This document shows, piece after piece, positions 43,517 to 53,767 of a stretch of 64,000 nt of DNA. Under the pieces are notes generated by a model. It did not search any database and was not told the origin of the DNA. It saw nothing but the letters and a program-made list of their open reading frames with translations. Source of the DNA: an uncultured bacterium (GTDB lineage: Bacteria > Verrucomicrobiota > Verrucomicrobiia > Verrucomicrobiales > DEV007); the NCBI GenBank assembly GCA_963977015.1, contig CAXBMO010000014.1:32001-96000 (forward strand), in the 5' to 3' direction. Each line of letters begins with the position of its first letter. The first letter of the stretch is position 1. The translations under genes were made by a program, and so were the position numbers.

Positions 43517-44710
43517 TTAATCGTCATAGGATAGAAAATCGACTGCGATCCATCCGTCCTGGATGCCAGGTGGAATGACGATGATCGTCGTCTCACCGAC
43601 TTCGTAGTTGGCTATTTCCAGTTCCTGGCGCCCTCCTCCGGCTTGGTCTTCGGCCCAGGATTCCTCGGGTGGAAACGGATGATACTCGATCGGCTCGCCA
43701 TTCACGGTGATGCCGCTACAGCCGACCTTGTGGGTCAGGGTGAAGCTAAAACCGGGCGGAATGACGATGGTCTCCCCGTCAGGATTGAGGGCTCGCTCGA
43801 AGTTGGAAAGCTGTTCCCCTGCTTCGGCCAGCATCCGCAACGCTTTTCCGCGGAGGTGGTGGATCTCCATGAAAAAGCGGAACGGATCCTGGTTCGCGGA
43901 CTCCGGGATCGTGTGAGCGGCAAATTCGTCGCCGAGATCGCGCTCCTGGAATTGTTTGCGAAGCTGGCGATGGTTGGGGCCCCCCGCTAGGGCCTGCTCG
44001 CGTCCCGGGTAATAGGTGAGGTGAACGTAAGTGCCGGAATCGACGACACCCACGTTCTGGGCATAGTCAAGGACGGCGAAATAACTGCGACCGGAAATCT
44101 CAAGCTCGGTGAACGGCTCAGACAGGAATCCGATCGGGTTTGTTTCGGTGACGTGATGGATGAAGGAAAACGCCTCGGCCCGCTCTGCCCAAATTTGCGC
44201 CATGGCGTCAGCGTGAGCCTCGAAGGCCTGAACATCTTCGAGCGAATAGGAAGCATCTTCCAGAAGTTGAGGAGACTGTTCGAATAGGACTATGCAGCGG
44301 CCAGGTTCGACCGAAAGCCCACTCCAAAGATCGGCTTCCCATTCTTCAATGGAATCATACCCGTGTCCAACCGATCCACGTGTGAGGTCGCCGGTCGAGG
44401 AAACGGCGTAGAGCATGCTGGATAGGCCATCGTTGCAGCTATGCGCGATGGCAAGCCATTCAGGATGGCCAGGGATCTGCGAAGTCGGCTCCGTCTTTAG
44501 CTGGAGAGCGTCACTCGCCTGAAGCTGGCTTGTGAGTTCGGCGAGAAAAGCGTGTCTTCGTGCGTCAGCCGATTCTGGGGAGGGCAGGTTGAATGGGTTA
44601 TTCACCCTTGTTCTACCCAAATGGTTGAAGCTGTCAATCTGTGGCAGATGGAAGCAAGCCCGGTCAAATGAAGTTGAGGCTCCAAATTGGCGAATCGCAC
44701 TCACCGACAT
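43517..44710 (-). CDS. Hypothetical acidic protein
   Basis: Long ORF upstream of DUF2958; no recognised motif; start uncertain. Confidence 0.5.
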   Translation of the reverse strand: MSVSAIRQFGASTSFDRACFHLPQIDSFNHLGRTRVNNPFNLPSPESADARRHAFLAELTSQLQASDALQLKTEPTSQIPGHPEWLAIAHSCNDGLSSMLYAVSSTGDLTRGSVGHGYDSIEEWEADLWSGLSVEPGRCIVLFEQSPQLLEDASYSLEDVQAFEAHADAMAQIWAERAEAFSFIHHVTETNPIGFLSEPFTELEISGRSYFAVLDYAQNVGVVDSGTYVHLTYYPGREQALAGGPNHRQLRKQFQERDLGDEFAAHTIPESANQDPFRFFMEIHHLRGKALRMLAEAGEQLSNFERALNPDGETIVIPPGFSFTLTHKVGCSGITVNGEPIEYHPFPPEESWAEDQAGGGRQELEIANYEVGETTIIVIPPGIQDGWIAVDFLSYDD

Positions 44711-45397
44711 TCGTAAACGATTAAAGGTTTCTGATGGTGCCGCGGTTTAAACCGCCACTCTTGGACGGTTGGACCGATTCAAATGCCCAGCCAGTGCCCA
44801 GCCGCTTTTTCAGAAACGAAAAAAGCGACTCTTGATTTCTCGGAAGTCGCTGATTGTAAGAAAGATGGGCAGGATAGGATTCGAGCCTCTGAAGGCATAG
44901 CCAGCAGATTTGCAGCCTGTTACCGACTCGATTTAGAGATAAGGCTGGCGCCCGATTGAGCGCCAGCCTGAAGTTGCATTGATTAACCGAGCTTATTTCG
45001 CTCCTCAAATTCAACGATATCAGAGAAACTGTATCTTTTGATTCTACCTGTAAGGAAGATGGGTTTTAAGTTACCCATTTTCTCCATCCTTCTCAGTGTT
45101 TCGCGGCAGCACTGCCAACGAATCATGAGGTCCTTCGTGGTCAAAAATTCCTTCTCAACCACCTTTCAAAACAGAGGGCCGTTGCCTTCTGGGCTTTGTA
45201 GCAATCAGACTGAACATCTTTTGGGTGTCCATTAGTCCACAATGCCACTTTTTTTGCTGCACTCAACATCCAATCCCTCTTTGACTCTTGAAGGACCCTG
45301 AATGGGTTCATTTCCTCTTCCAAAAAAGTGAGCACAAAGTGAGAACGGAACCCTTTGGTTGCCTTTTTGTATCCTGCGTAACTCCCTGAGAGTGAGA

Positions 45398-45445
45398 GGC
45401 GCGCTCGGAAGGATTCGAACCCTCAACCTTCTGATCCGTAGTCAT
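45398..45445 (-). mobile_element. tRNA-Arg(ACG) 3' half: att-site core, not a full tRNA
   Basis: TGACTACGGATCAGAAGGTTGAGGGTTCGAATCCTTCCGAGCGCGCC; no D-arm or 5' acceptor strand upstream. Confidence 0.85.
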
Positions 45446-45852
45446 GGGCTGGCCATTTGCACAAGTAACTGAGGTAACAATTTCGTAATCCATCTTCCAG
45501 TGCGATTTATCGCGATTATTTCGTGATAAACAATCGAGAATATGGGCAACAAAATCGCGACTATTCTGACTTATTACGGGGAGTTTTTCTGAATTCCCTC
45601 GAGAAAAACATCAGGAACGCTGCACTGGGGGTGCAGAAGCCCGTAGGTTGATTATCCCTCTAGCCGGGGACCTTTATGCTTTGCAGCTTCCCTGTAGATC
45701 CGGAAATCTCGGATTTGTCCAAGACATCATGAAAGTGAGCAAGCCAGCTTGATGTGACAAAATGTGACAAAATCTTGCCGTATTGTGGCAAGAAGTGGCG
45801 GGGTTTGGCGTCCCTGGCTTAGTTACGAATCGGGGAAATTTAGTTAGGAAAT

Positions 45853-45879
45853 CGGGTTCGAATCCCGTACGGGTCGCCA
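45853..45879 (+). mobile_element. tRNA-Glu-like 3' end: probable attR island boundary
   Basis: CGGGTTCGAATCCCGTACGGGTCGCCA (T-arm, acceptor strand, CCA); 5' part absent; TGTGACAAAA tandem repeat at 45753-45772. Confidence 0.8.
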
Positions 45880-45974
45880 TTTTTTCAGGTTATATTCAAA
45901 GTCCCGGGCAGGGACTCACGGGATCACAAAGAGCCCAGTTCTACGGATCTACACCAAAGTTTGGGGACTGCTTG

Positions 45975-46248
45975 AGATGCGGGATCTGAAAACCGGGCGA
46001 CCTCGCCAATTTGCGCGAGAAGGTGCGGAAAGGGTTTCCGTTTTTCCCGATCAATCGGCCCAAAAACCGCTCGTGACGGTAATGGTTGGCCGTGAAGCTG
46101 GAACCTACTCGAACGCCGATTTCGCGACTAACTGGATCTATTGAAAGCGGGAACTCCGCAGCGAATTTCCTGATCGCAGTTTCCAATCAGGCACGATTTT
46201 GTTAAAGATCACGATTGATAGCGATGAATTGATGTTCTGCGGAAGAAA
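45975..46248 (+). repeat. Diverged copy of RAYT 3' end and flank (other copy 51915-52205)
   Basis: Shared blocks AGATGCGGGAT, AGGGTTTCC, CGTGACGG, GTGAAGCTGG, CGAACGCCGATTTCGCGA, GATCGCAGT and TTGATGTTCTG occur in the same order. Confidence 0.75.
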
Positions 46249-46259
46249 TGACCGTCCTT

Positions 46260-47074
46260 TACGCTTCTTTTGGATTTTCGCGCTCAACATGGCCGTGGCC
46301 TTCTTCGGGGTTTACCTCCTGAAACGGCTGAATCAGGACATCTCCACGGTGATTTTCCTGGCCGTGGCGAGTCAGTTCGTGAACGTCTTCTTCTTCCGGA
46401 TCTGGGGCAACCTGGCCGATCGCTGGAACAACCGCAGCGCCCTGATCGTCGCCGGTCAGCTCTTCTTTTTCAGCGTGTTGCTCAGGCCCTTCACCACCAT
46501 GCCGGAGAAGCACGATTACACCCTCGCGATCCTGATTTTGATCCACGTGCTCGTCGGGATTTCCACCGCCGGGGTCAACCTCTGCGTCGGCAACCTGGTC
46601 CTGAAAAGCGCCCCGAAAGGCAAAGCCACCGCCTTTCTCGCCGCCAACGCCGTGGTTGCGGGAATCGCCGCAACCCTGGGACCGCTCACCGGCGGCTGGC
46701 TCGGCGACCTGTTCGAACACAGCGAACTGAAGTTCACCCTGACCTATTCCAAGCTGACCGAGGGCGAGGCGATCGACGTTCCCGCGCTCAACTTCCGGGG
46801 CCTGGATTTCGTCTTCCTCCTCTCCGCGATTGTCGGTTCCTTCGCGGTTCACCGGCTTGCCTACGTCGAGGAATCGGCCAAATCCACCGACCGGCTCGGG
46901 CTGGACACGCTCTTTCACGAAACCCGCAAGGCCATGGCGCACGTCTCCAACGTCGCCGGGATTCGCCGCCTCACCCATTTCCCCTACGAACTGCTCGTGA
47001 AAAAAGTCACGATCCGCCGGAAAAACGGAAACAATCACAACAGCGAAAAGACGGCGTCGCCGGACGGGAGTTAA
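46260..47074 (+). pseudogene. MFS transporter, C-terminal half only
   Basis: About 6 TM segments with WGNLADRWNNR; the N-terminal half is replaced by the repeat. Confidence 0.7.
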
Positions 47075-47240
47075 GCTTGGAAGCCCATCGCCTCGGCTGC
47101 GCGAATCTGGCATTCGTCCAGAACCTCGCGCGGCGCGGCGCAGGCATCGACCGTGCAGATCACCGCCCGGCCATTCCCATTTTGAAACGCGAAGGCCCGC
47201 GCGTGCAGAGGATCGTGGGCCGTCTCGCACGGTTTCGGCG
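47071..47240 (-). pseudogene. Internal fragment of a neutral/alkaline ceramidase-like N-terminal domain
   Basis: GGF...AHDPLHARAFAFQNG...ICTVDAC..PREVLD. Confidence 0.55.
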
Positions 47241-47664
47241 TGAACCCGCCGATCAGATCCACCCGTCCCGCTCCACCAGCCCAAAGCGACCGGTCTCTCC
47301 GCCCCGGGAACTCAAGCTCGACGAAGAACGCACCCTCATTCTCGACGGCGATCCGGGGCCGCAGGAGGATATGCCGGTTTTTTGGGCGAACTGACCAACT
47401 GCCTGGCCAGTCCGGCGCTGGATAGGTTTCAAAACTCTTCTTCCTGCAAGCGGGGATCGCCGCGTCGTGCCCCCATCGCGTCCAAAAACCCCGAATCGTC
47501 CCGAAATTCTGCGGGAAGGCACGTGAATCCTTGATCAGTCGCCCCAGATCTGCCATGAATGGCCATGAGGATGGCGCAAAATTCCCCTTCCTCCCCCTGG
47601 CCCCCCTCCAACCCCCGGGCAAAGGTGATTCGGACGCGGGAGGGCCAAAAGCAAATTCCTATCA
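47240..47664 (+). mobile_element. Probable right end (transposase tail and oriIS) of an IS91/ISCR-like element
   Basis: Ends AAAAGCAAATTCCTATC exactly where the sulfatase fragment begins, resembling the IS91-family oriIS (AA.TTCCTAT). A short ORF tail ends at 47394. Confidence 0.55.
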
Positions 47665-47666
47665 GT

Positions 47667-48254
47667 GACACCGCCATCGGCCGGGTCCTCGACTTCCTCG
47701 ATGAGACGAATCTCGCCGAAAACACCCTCGTGATCTGGTACTCCGACAACGGCGCCTTCCTCCTCGACGAACGCCGCGGCCTCGGTTACGCCTCCAACGC
47801 CCCCCTGCGCGACGGCGGCGTCACCCTCTACGAGGGAGGCATCCGCGTCCCCGCCATCGTCCGCTGGCCCGGCCGAATCGAACCCAGCTCCATCTGCTCG
47901 GAACCGGTCATCAGCATGGACCTCACCGCGATGTGTCTCGCGGCCGCCGGCGCCGATCCCCCCGGCGACCGCAAACTCGACGGCATCGATCCCACCGAGG
48001 TCCTCGCCGGCGAAGCACCCTCCCGCCACGACAATCTCTTTTGGCAGTGGAAACAGGGCCGCCAGGGAACCTGGCTCGCGGTGCGTTCCGGCGACCTCAA
48101 GCTCGTGCGTCCGGGAACCGAGGCCGCCTGGGAACTCTACAACCTCCGGGACGACATCGGCGAAAAAAACGACCTCGCCGCCGAACACCCCGACCGCGTT
48201 GCCGAGCTCAAATCCAAAATCGAAACCTGGCTCGCCACCGTCGTTGAAAACTGA
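47667..48254 (+). pseudogene. Sulfatase C-terminal fragment
   Basis: DTAIGRVLD..NTLVIWYSDNG..LYEGGIRVP..RWPG..ELYNLRDDIGE; catalytic CxPxR N-terminus absent. Confidence 0.85.
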
Positions 48255-48484
48255 ATCACTTTCTGTCTGCGAACTGTAGCGGCTGCAGCCCGTCCAGCGA
48301 AGCTCGAAGAAGGATCCCGCCGTCGACCGCGATCCAGCGCCCCCTTAGCAGGGAATTCACCCGCCGTCCCCGCCCCATCCCCATTCCACAACCCTTATTC
48401 CCGCCTTCCTGCCTTCCTCATTCAAACCCCGCGACCCAAGACCCTCCCATCACCCCATCCACCCCCGCCGTCCCCACCGCTCCC

Positions 48485-48585
48485 TCACTTCTTCTCCGAG
48501 GCAAAGAGCGGGAACTCCGCGCTCGTCTCGTGCTCCCGCTCCATGATCGCGTCGATCTCCGCCACGATCTCCGGATGCGCGCCCG
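48485..48585 (-). pseudogene. Duplicated sulfatase 3' tip
   Basis: GAHPEIVAEIDAIMEREHE..FPLFA.EKK*; 59 bp identical to 50965-51023. Confidence 0.85.
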
Positions 48586-48837
48586 CGACCCATCACAATC
48601 TTCTCTTTAATCACCTAAGCCGCACCACGATCTTCCCGCTCCCCCAACCGCCGCTCCTGGATCCTCGTTCGTGGTTGCTGCTCATGTGTTTATCCGTTCT
48701 TCTGCCCAAAGCGCCCACGCAATCCGGTCGAGTGCCGGATAGTTGCCCTTGAAATCAACCGGGACTTCCGTCACCTTCACCGACTTTAGATCCGTCAGAC
48801 TCCCTTTCACCAGAGCTCCCCCAACAGATTCTCCACC

Positions 48838-50793
48838 ATGATCAGACTGACCATCGCCGCTTCACTCGCCCTTGCCCTGTCCTCTTCAGCGTTTTCCCAA
48901 GGATTTGACGGCAAGGATCAGATCCACCTCCGCGACCTCCTAGAGATGGATTCCTTCGTCTACACCTCTGGAGTGGACTACATGGAAGGATACCGACGCA
49001 GCGGGCAGTTCTCCGACGCTGAGGTTCAGAAATATGTTTCCAAGGCACACCAGGACCTGAAGGACAACGTCATCTGGCGATTGAACCATGTCTTGCCAAA
49101 GCTGAATCCCGAGCAAGAGATTCTGCTCGGTCAAATCGAACACTGTTTCAAGATGCCACGGGGCACCCAGTTCGAAGTGCAGAGAGCCAAGTCGGAGATT
49201 GTGGAGTGGCTTGCGACGCAGAAACCGGAGGCGAGTGATCGGGACTTCGCCTACTTCATGGCTGCGGATGGCTCCAACTACGACTTCGACAGCAAGGCCT
49301 TCGCCTTTTCAACCATGCCCATCACCTGGGGAGAGACTGATTTCACCTACCTGCTCCCGAGAGATCTTCCTCTGACTTCCATGAACGTTCTCTCCGGCGC
49401 CCAGGACCTCCGCCGAGAGTTCCGACTCTTTCTCGGGGAGGAAACTGTTTGGGATGGAAGAGTCGAGTGGAAGATTCCGCCAAGCATCAACCCGGAAGAA
49501 GTGGCCAATCGATTGGCTGACAGGGAAAAACTCGTCCTGCTCATCGAAGGCTCCCGAGCGGGAGCAACCTTCACGAAGATATCCCCCGAACAGCTTGCGC
49601 GCCACAACGAGGTCCGCCCCACGAACGCGGTGGCCGTTTCCCAGGTCTCCCTCTGGCTCTTCAACAAGGAAATGGCGACTTTTGAGCGCGTCTCCAACCC
49701 GATCTCACTTGCCGAGGCAACCGTCGACATGAAGACCGTTTCCGTTGAGGCCCCTGAGTACTTCAATCGGTTGGCCTTCCTCTACAAGGAGGGAGACTTC
49801 GCCCCCCGCCCTCCCGAGCAACCCGCTATGGACCTTGCCGCGGAACCCTTTCCCTCGCTGCCAGACCAGGTTGGCCTGATGCAACTTCTTCAAGACGAGA
49901 GATCCCGGATCACCCAGAGCTTTCTCTACGATTTGAAAACCGTCGCTCTGGACAAAACCTTCTTTGCGGCAAACGAGCCGGACTTCGCTCGCGCCGTCTT
50001 CAAGGAGCTATCTTCGAAGATCGCCTCGAATCAGGTGAGGGACTTTCCCTGGCATTTTGACATTTCGAGTCGTCTCGTCAGACCAGACCTGAAAACGAAA
50101 GCCATGGATCGAGCGATTCAGGAGTGTTTCGAGATCAAAAAGGGCACCGACCTGGAGGAAGCAAAGCGTGCCGAAATTGCCGCCTGGCTCGAAGAGATCG
50201 GACACCATCCTCCTCTCGACGAACAATGGCTCCTCGTCGGGTTCAAGCTCGATGACTACGACACGGATCGTAAGGCCTTCAAGATCAATAGAAAGATTAC
50301 CAAACTCGAACAGGAGATTGTGAAGAAGTACCACCTTTCGTCTGCCAGCCGTAACCTGGACCTGGCCCCGGCAATGTCCAAGGTTGCCGGTTTCGACGAG
50401 TGGCCGTTTCTCGATCACACGAAAATCACGACCACCTGGAGACTGATCCTCAATGACCAGCTTCATGACCGGGTGGAGTTTTTTCTGCCCATGAACGAGG
50501 AAGAGGCGCCCGGATTCGCTGAGCGGTTTGGACAAAGGCCCACTGAAGGCCTCTTTGTGATTCTTCAGGGGAAAGTAGAGGGAGTGCATCCTTCGGAGAC
50601 CACCTCCATGATTCACGGGGAGCATATGGACCTCGCTTTCAATGTTCACCGCGTCTCCGCCTGGAGTCTCGATCCCAAAGGATTGATTGCCACGAAAATC
50701 GGAGATGATCTGGATCCGGATACCGTCCTGATTCCAACTGGCGATAGTGACGATTACTTCCCTGTTCCCGGAGGCACCGAGGCTTCAGAATAG
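48838..50793 (+). CDS. Secreted hypothetical protein with two internal repeat domains
   Basis: Signal peptide; HCFKMPRGT..EIVEWL..YDFDSKAF versus ECFEIKKGT..EIAAWL..YDTDRKAF. Confidence 0.75.
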   Translation: MIRLTIAASLALALSSSAFSQGFDGKDQIHLRDLLEMDSFVYTSGVDYMEGYRRSGQFSDAEVQKYVSKAHQDLKDNVIWRLNHVLPKLNPEQEILLGQIEHCFKMPRGTQFEVQRAKSEIVEWLATQKPEASDRDFAYFMAADGSNYDFDSKAFAFSTMPITWGETDFTYLLPRDLPLTSMNVLSGAQDLRREFRLFLGEETVWDGRVEWKIPPSINPEEVANRLADREKLVLLIEGSRAGATFTKISPEQLARHNEVRPTNAVAVSQVSLWLFNKEMATFERVSNPISLAEATVDMKTVSVEAPEYFNRLAFLYKEGDFAPRPPEQPAMDLAAEPFPSLPDQVGLMQLLQDERSRITQSFLYDLKTVALDKTFFAANEPDFARAVFKELSSKIASNQVRDFPWHFDISSRLVRPDLKTKAMDRAIQECFEIKKGTDLEEAKRAEIAAWLEEIGHHPPLDEQWLLVGFKLDDYDTDRKAFKINRKITKLEQEIVKKYHLSSASRNLDLAPAMSKVAGFDEWPFLDHTKITTTWRLILNDQLHDRVEFFLPMNEEEAPGFAERFGQRPTEGLFVILQGKVEGVHPSETTSMIHGEHMDLAFNVHRVSAWSLDPKGLIATKIGDDLDPDTVLIPTGDSDDYFPVPGGTEASE

Positions 50794-50922
50794 GCAACAC
50801 CGCCGGCGATCCCAAACGGTTGGCCTGGAGCGGGTGCTCAAGGCAGGGAAAGCTCGCCCACAGCGCAGCAAAGAAGTCCCCACTCCACATTACGCCGTTG
50901 CGCCGTTGCGGGAGGCTCCCGC

Positions 50923-51441
50923 CTACTTCTTCTCCCTCGCAAAGAGCGGAAAGTCCGGGTTCACCTCGTGCTCCCGCTCCATGATCGCGTCGATCTCCGC
51001 CACGATCTCCGGATGCGCGCCCGAGACATCGGTCGTCTCCCCGAGATCCTTTTCCAGGTCGTACAACTCCATCGGCGACTCCAGGTTCTTCATCACGTCC
51101 AGCCGCACCGCCTGCTTGCCTCCGCGCTCCGTGAACTCCCAGTAGAGGTGCGGATGCTCCGCCTGCTTCCCCCCGCAAAGCTCCGGCAGAAACGAAATCC
51201 CGTCGCTCGCTTCCGGCGCCGCCACCCCCGCCAATTCGCAAACCGTCGGCAGGACGTCCCAGAAAGCCGAAACGTGGTCGCTCCGGCTCCCCGCGGCAAC
51301 CCGGCCCGGCCACCAGGCGATCATCGGCACCCGGATTCCGCCCTCGTAGAGATCGCGCTTCACGCCCCGCAGCGGTCCCGTGCTGTTGAAAAACTCCGGA
51401 TCCGCTCCGCCCTCCACGTGCGCCCCATTGTCGCTCGTGAA
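50923..51441 (-). pseudogene. Arylsulfatase C-terminal fragment
   Basis: FTSDNGAH.EGG..PLRGVKRDLYEGGIRVP..LYWEF; truncated at the 46-bp repeat. Confidence 0.85.
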
Positions 51442-51446
51442 CGGGA

Positions 51447-51492
51447 CTGGACCCCCTCCACCCCCCGGGCAAAGGTGATTCGGACGCGGGAG
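51447..51492 (+). repeat. 46-bp copy of the IS91-like subterminal sequence (other copy 47597-47642)
   Basis: CTGG.CCCCCTCCA.CCCCCGGGCAAAGGTGATTCGGACGCGGGAG, 2 mismatches. Confidence 0.9.
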
Positions 51493-51970
51493 TGAATCCG
51501 GTAAGAGCGGGGCTGGTGCGCGATCCGAAGGATTACCGCTGGAGCGGCTACGGGGAGGCGGTCGCCGGCAAGGCCCGGGCTCGCGAGGGGCTCACTCGCC
51601 TGGACGACGCGAATTGGGATGACGGGGGGACGGAGAGCTGGAGATCGGTGCACCAGGTTTACCGGTGTTGGCTCTACGGCGACGAGCGCGAGCGGCTCGA
51701 TGACGAGGGCAAGGTGACCAAGCGCGGGTTTTCGGCTGAGGCGTCCGAGGCGGTCATCGAGCGCGAAGAGGGCGCCTTGGCCAGGGGATACTGGTTAAGG
51801 CGCGGATCCGCTATTTCAGCGAAGGGGTGGCGCTGGGCACCAAGGGGTATGTGGAGGAGGTGTTTTGCGAGCGGCGCGAATAGTTCGGGCTGAAGTGGCT
51901 CAATGGGCCGCGCAAGATGCGGGATGTGGATTGGGGTGGGCTCGTCAATATGCGCGATTTGCGCGGAGGG
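51492..51970 (+). pseudogene. REP-associated tyrosine transposase (RAYT/Y1) C-terminal remnant
   Basis: NPVRAGLV.DPKDYRWSGY, then frameshifted RIRYFSEG.ALG...VEEVF...MRDLR with an internal stop. Confidence 0.8.
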
Positions 51971-52534
51971 GTAAAAAGCGGTTCCAGGGTTTCCATTTTC
52001 TCCGATGAACCAGTCCAAAAGCCGCCCGTGACGGGACCGGCTGGCTGTGAAGCTGGCAAATCTTGGCAACCTGACCCGAACGCCGATTTCGCGAGTAACT
52101 GGAACGCTTGAAGCTAGGAACACCTCGGCGAGTACGCCGATCGCAGTCTTCTTCCAGAGGGTCTTTTGTCAAAGACCAGAAGAGATTGATGTTCTGTGTG
52201 AGAAAGTCCTGTCCCTCCAATTCGTGTATGACCCTCCCGCGTCCGATTCATCGTAGAGAAGCTGCGGAGTGGGACTTCGCGAAGCCGATCGGAAAAATGC
52301 CGACATTTTGAGGACCTGGATTATCTTTGTTTCTTAATTGTTAAATTCTCTGAAAGAAATATTGATAATCAAGTGGCTGGGTCTAATTTTGGTTCCACGC
52401 ATGGTAGTGATGCCCCTGGTCCCGTTGCTGATTGAATGGAGGAACCGGATGGTAAATCGCCAGTGCGACGTTTCGACAGCCCCTGCAGGCAGCACTATTT
52501 GGGCGGGTTCATTACAATACACACTAAAAATGCC

Positions 52535-53767
52535 ATGAAAAAAGCACTTGCCACATTTGTAATCGCAACGTCGTGGGGCGTCGCTTTTGCGGGAGAGACA
52601 ACCCCGGAAACCTCGGATGAACCTGCACCGGAAGCCTGGTATGAACGCGAGCGACTTCTCGGAACGTTTGATACCCTGGAAGATGCAGGTATTTCCCCAT
52701 TCCTCTATTTTGATTCAATCGCTGCGGCAAGCGTAGACGGTGGACTTGAGTCCGCCCAGAACTTTACGGTGCAGACTTATGCCGGTGTTGATCTCGATCT
52801 CGAAAAGTTGTTAAACTGGAACGATACCACCGTTAAACTTTCGATGGTTGATCGGGAGGGTCTTGGTATTTCCAAGGACGTCGGCGGCATTTATGACCCC
52901 ATGACAATCAACGGCGGCGCCGACGGACAGGTGACCTGGTTGTATCAGGTCTGGCTCGAGAAAGTCTTTGCAGACAAGTGGGCGGTTAAACTCGGCCGGA
53001 CATCCATGGATGAGGATTTTGCGGAGGGCGGTCTGAACCGTTACTCTTTAAGCACATCCATCAATGGTCCTATCCGATCCATGATGCTTGAGAATCCCCA
53101 GATTTTTTCCTTCCCATTGGCTCTATGGGGAGGCCGGCTCAAGTATACTCCGAACGATGAGCATCAGTTCATGCTTGGAGCTTACCAGATTAACGACAAT
53201 CCGTTTGGGACTCACCTCAAAGGAACCGACTGGAGTATCAACAGCGGTGACGGGGTGACCATTATGGCGCAGTATGACTGGACGCCGGAGGTGTTTGGCC
53301 GCCCGGCCCGCTTCTATGCTGGTCTTGCCGATTCCATCTATGACGTCAATGACTTCGATGGTGGAGTAAGCTCGAACATGCTGACCTTCTATGGGCGAGG
53401 CGAAGTTGAAGTGATCGACGACCTGAAGCTGTTCGCTTTCGCTTCATACAACTATCAGGATGAATCGGCCAAGATTCCGCTGCAGATCAGCACGGGTGCA
53501 AACTGGAAAGGTTTGATTCCTGGTCGTGAGAACGACCACACAGTGGCCTTTGCCACCTATGGTAAGATCAGCGATGTTTATGGTGAATTTGTTACCCAGG
53601 GGGATGTAAATGAAGAATTCGTCTTCGAACTCGGACATCGTATCCAATTGATCCCATCCACCTACATTCAGCCTGCCGTTCAGTACATTGTAAATCCCGG
53701 CGGCGGGACCAATGGCGATATCGACGACGCAGTCGTCATCGGTGCCTGGTTCGGAGTCACCTTCTAA
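52535..53767 (+). CDS. Carbohydrate-selective porin, OprB family
   Basis: Signal peptide; GVDLDLEKL, WLYQVW, GLIPGRENDH, FELG, IQPAVQYIVNPGG; C-terminal Phe. Confidence 0.88.
   Translation: MKKALATFVIATSWGVAFAGETTPETSDEPAPEAWYERERLLGTFDTLEDAGISPFLYFDSIAAASVDGGLESAQNFTVQTYAGVDLDLEKLLNWNDTTVKLSMVDREGLGISKDVGGIYDPMTINGGADGQVTWLYQVWLEKVFADKWAVKLGRTSMDEDFAEGGLNRYSLSTSINGPIRSMMLENPQIFSFPLALWGGRLKYTPNDEHQFMLGAYQINDNPFGTHLKGTDWSINSGDGVTIMAQYDWTPEVFGRPARFYAGLADSIYDVNDFDGGVSSNMLTFYGRGEVEVIDDLKLFAFASYNYQDESAKIPLQISTGANWKGLIPGRENDHTVAFATYGKISDVYGEFVTQGDVNEEFVFELGHRIQLIPSTYIQPAVQYIVNPGGGTNGDIDDAVVIGAWFGVTF

Noticed and set aside
45398-45879. Functional tRNA-Arg and tRNA-Glu genes
   Set aside because: The 5' halves are missing and cannot form cloverleaves; treated as att remnants.
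47559-47666. ORF-track N-terminus of the 231-aa sulfatase ORF
   Set aside because: Read-in from the IS-like end; not sulfatase sequence.
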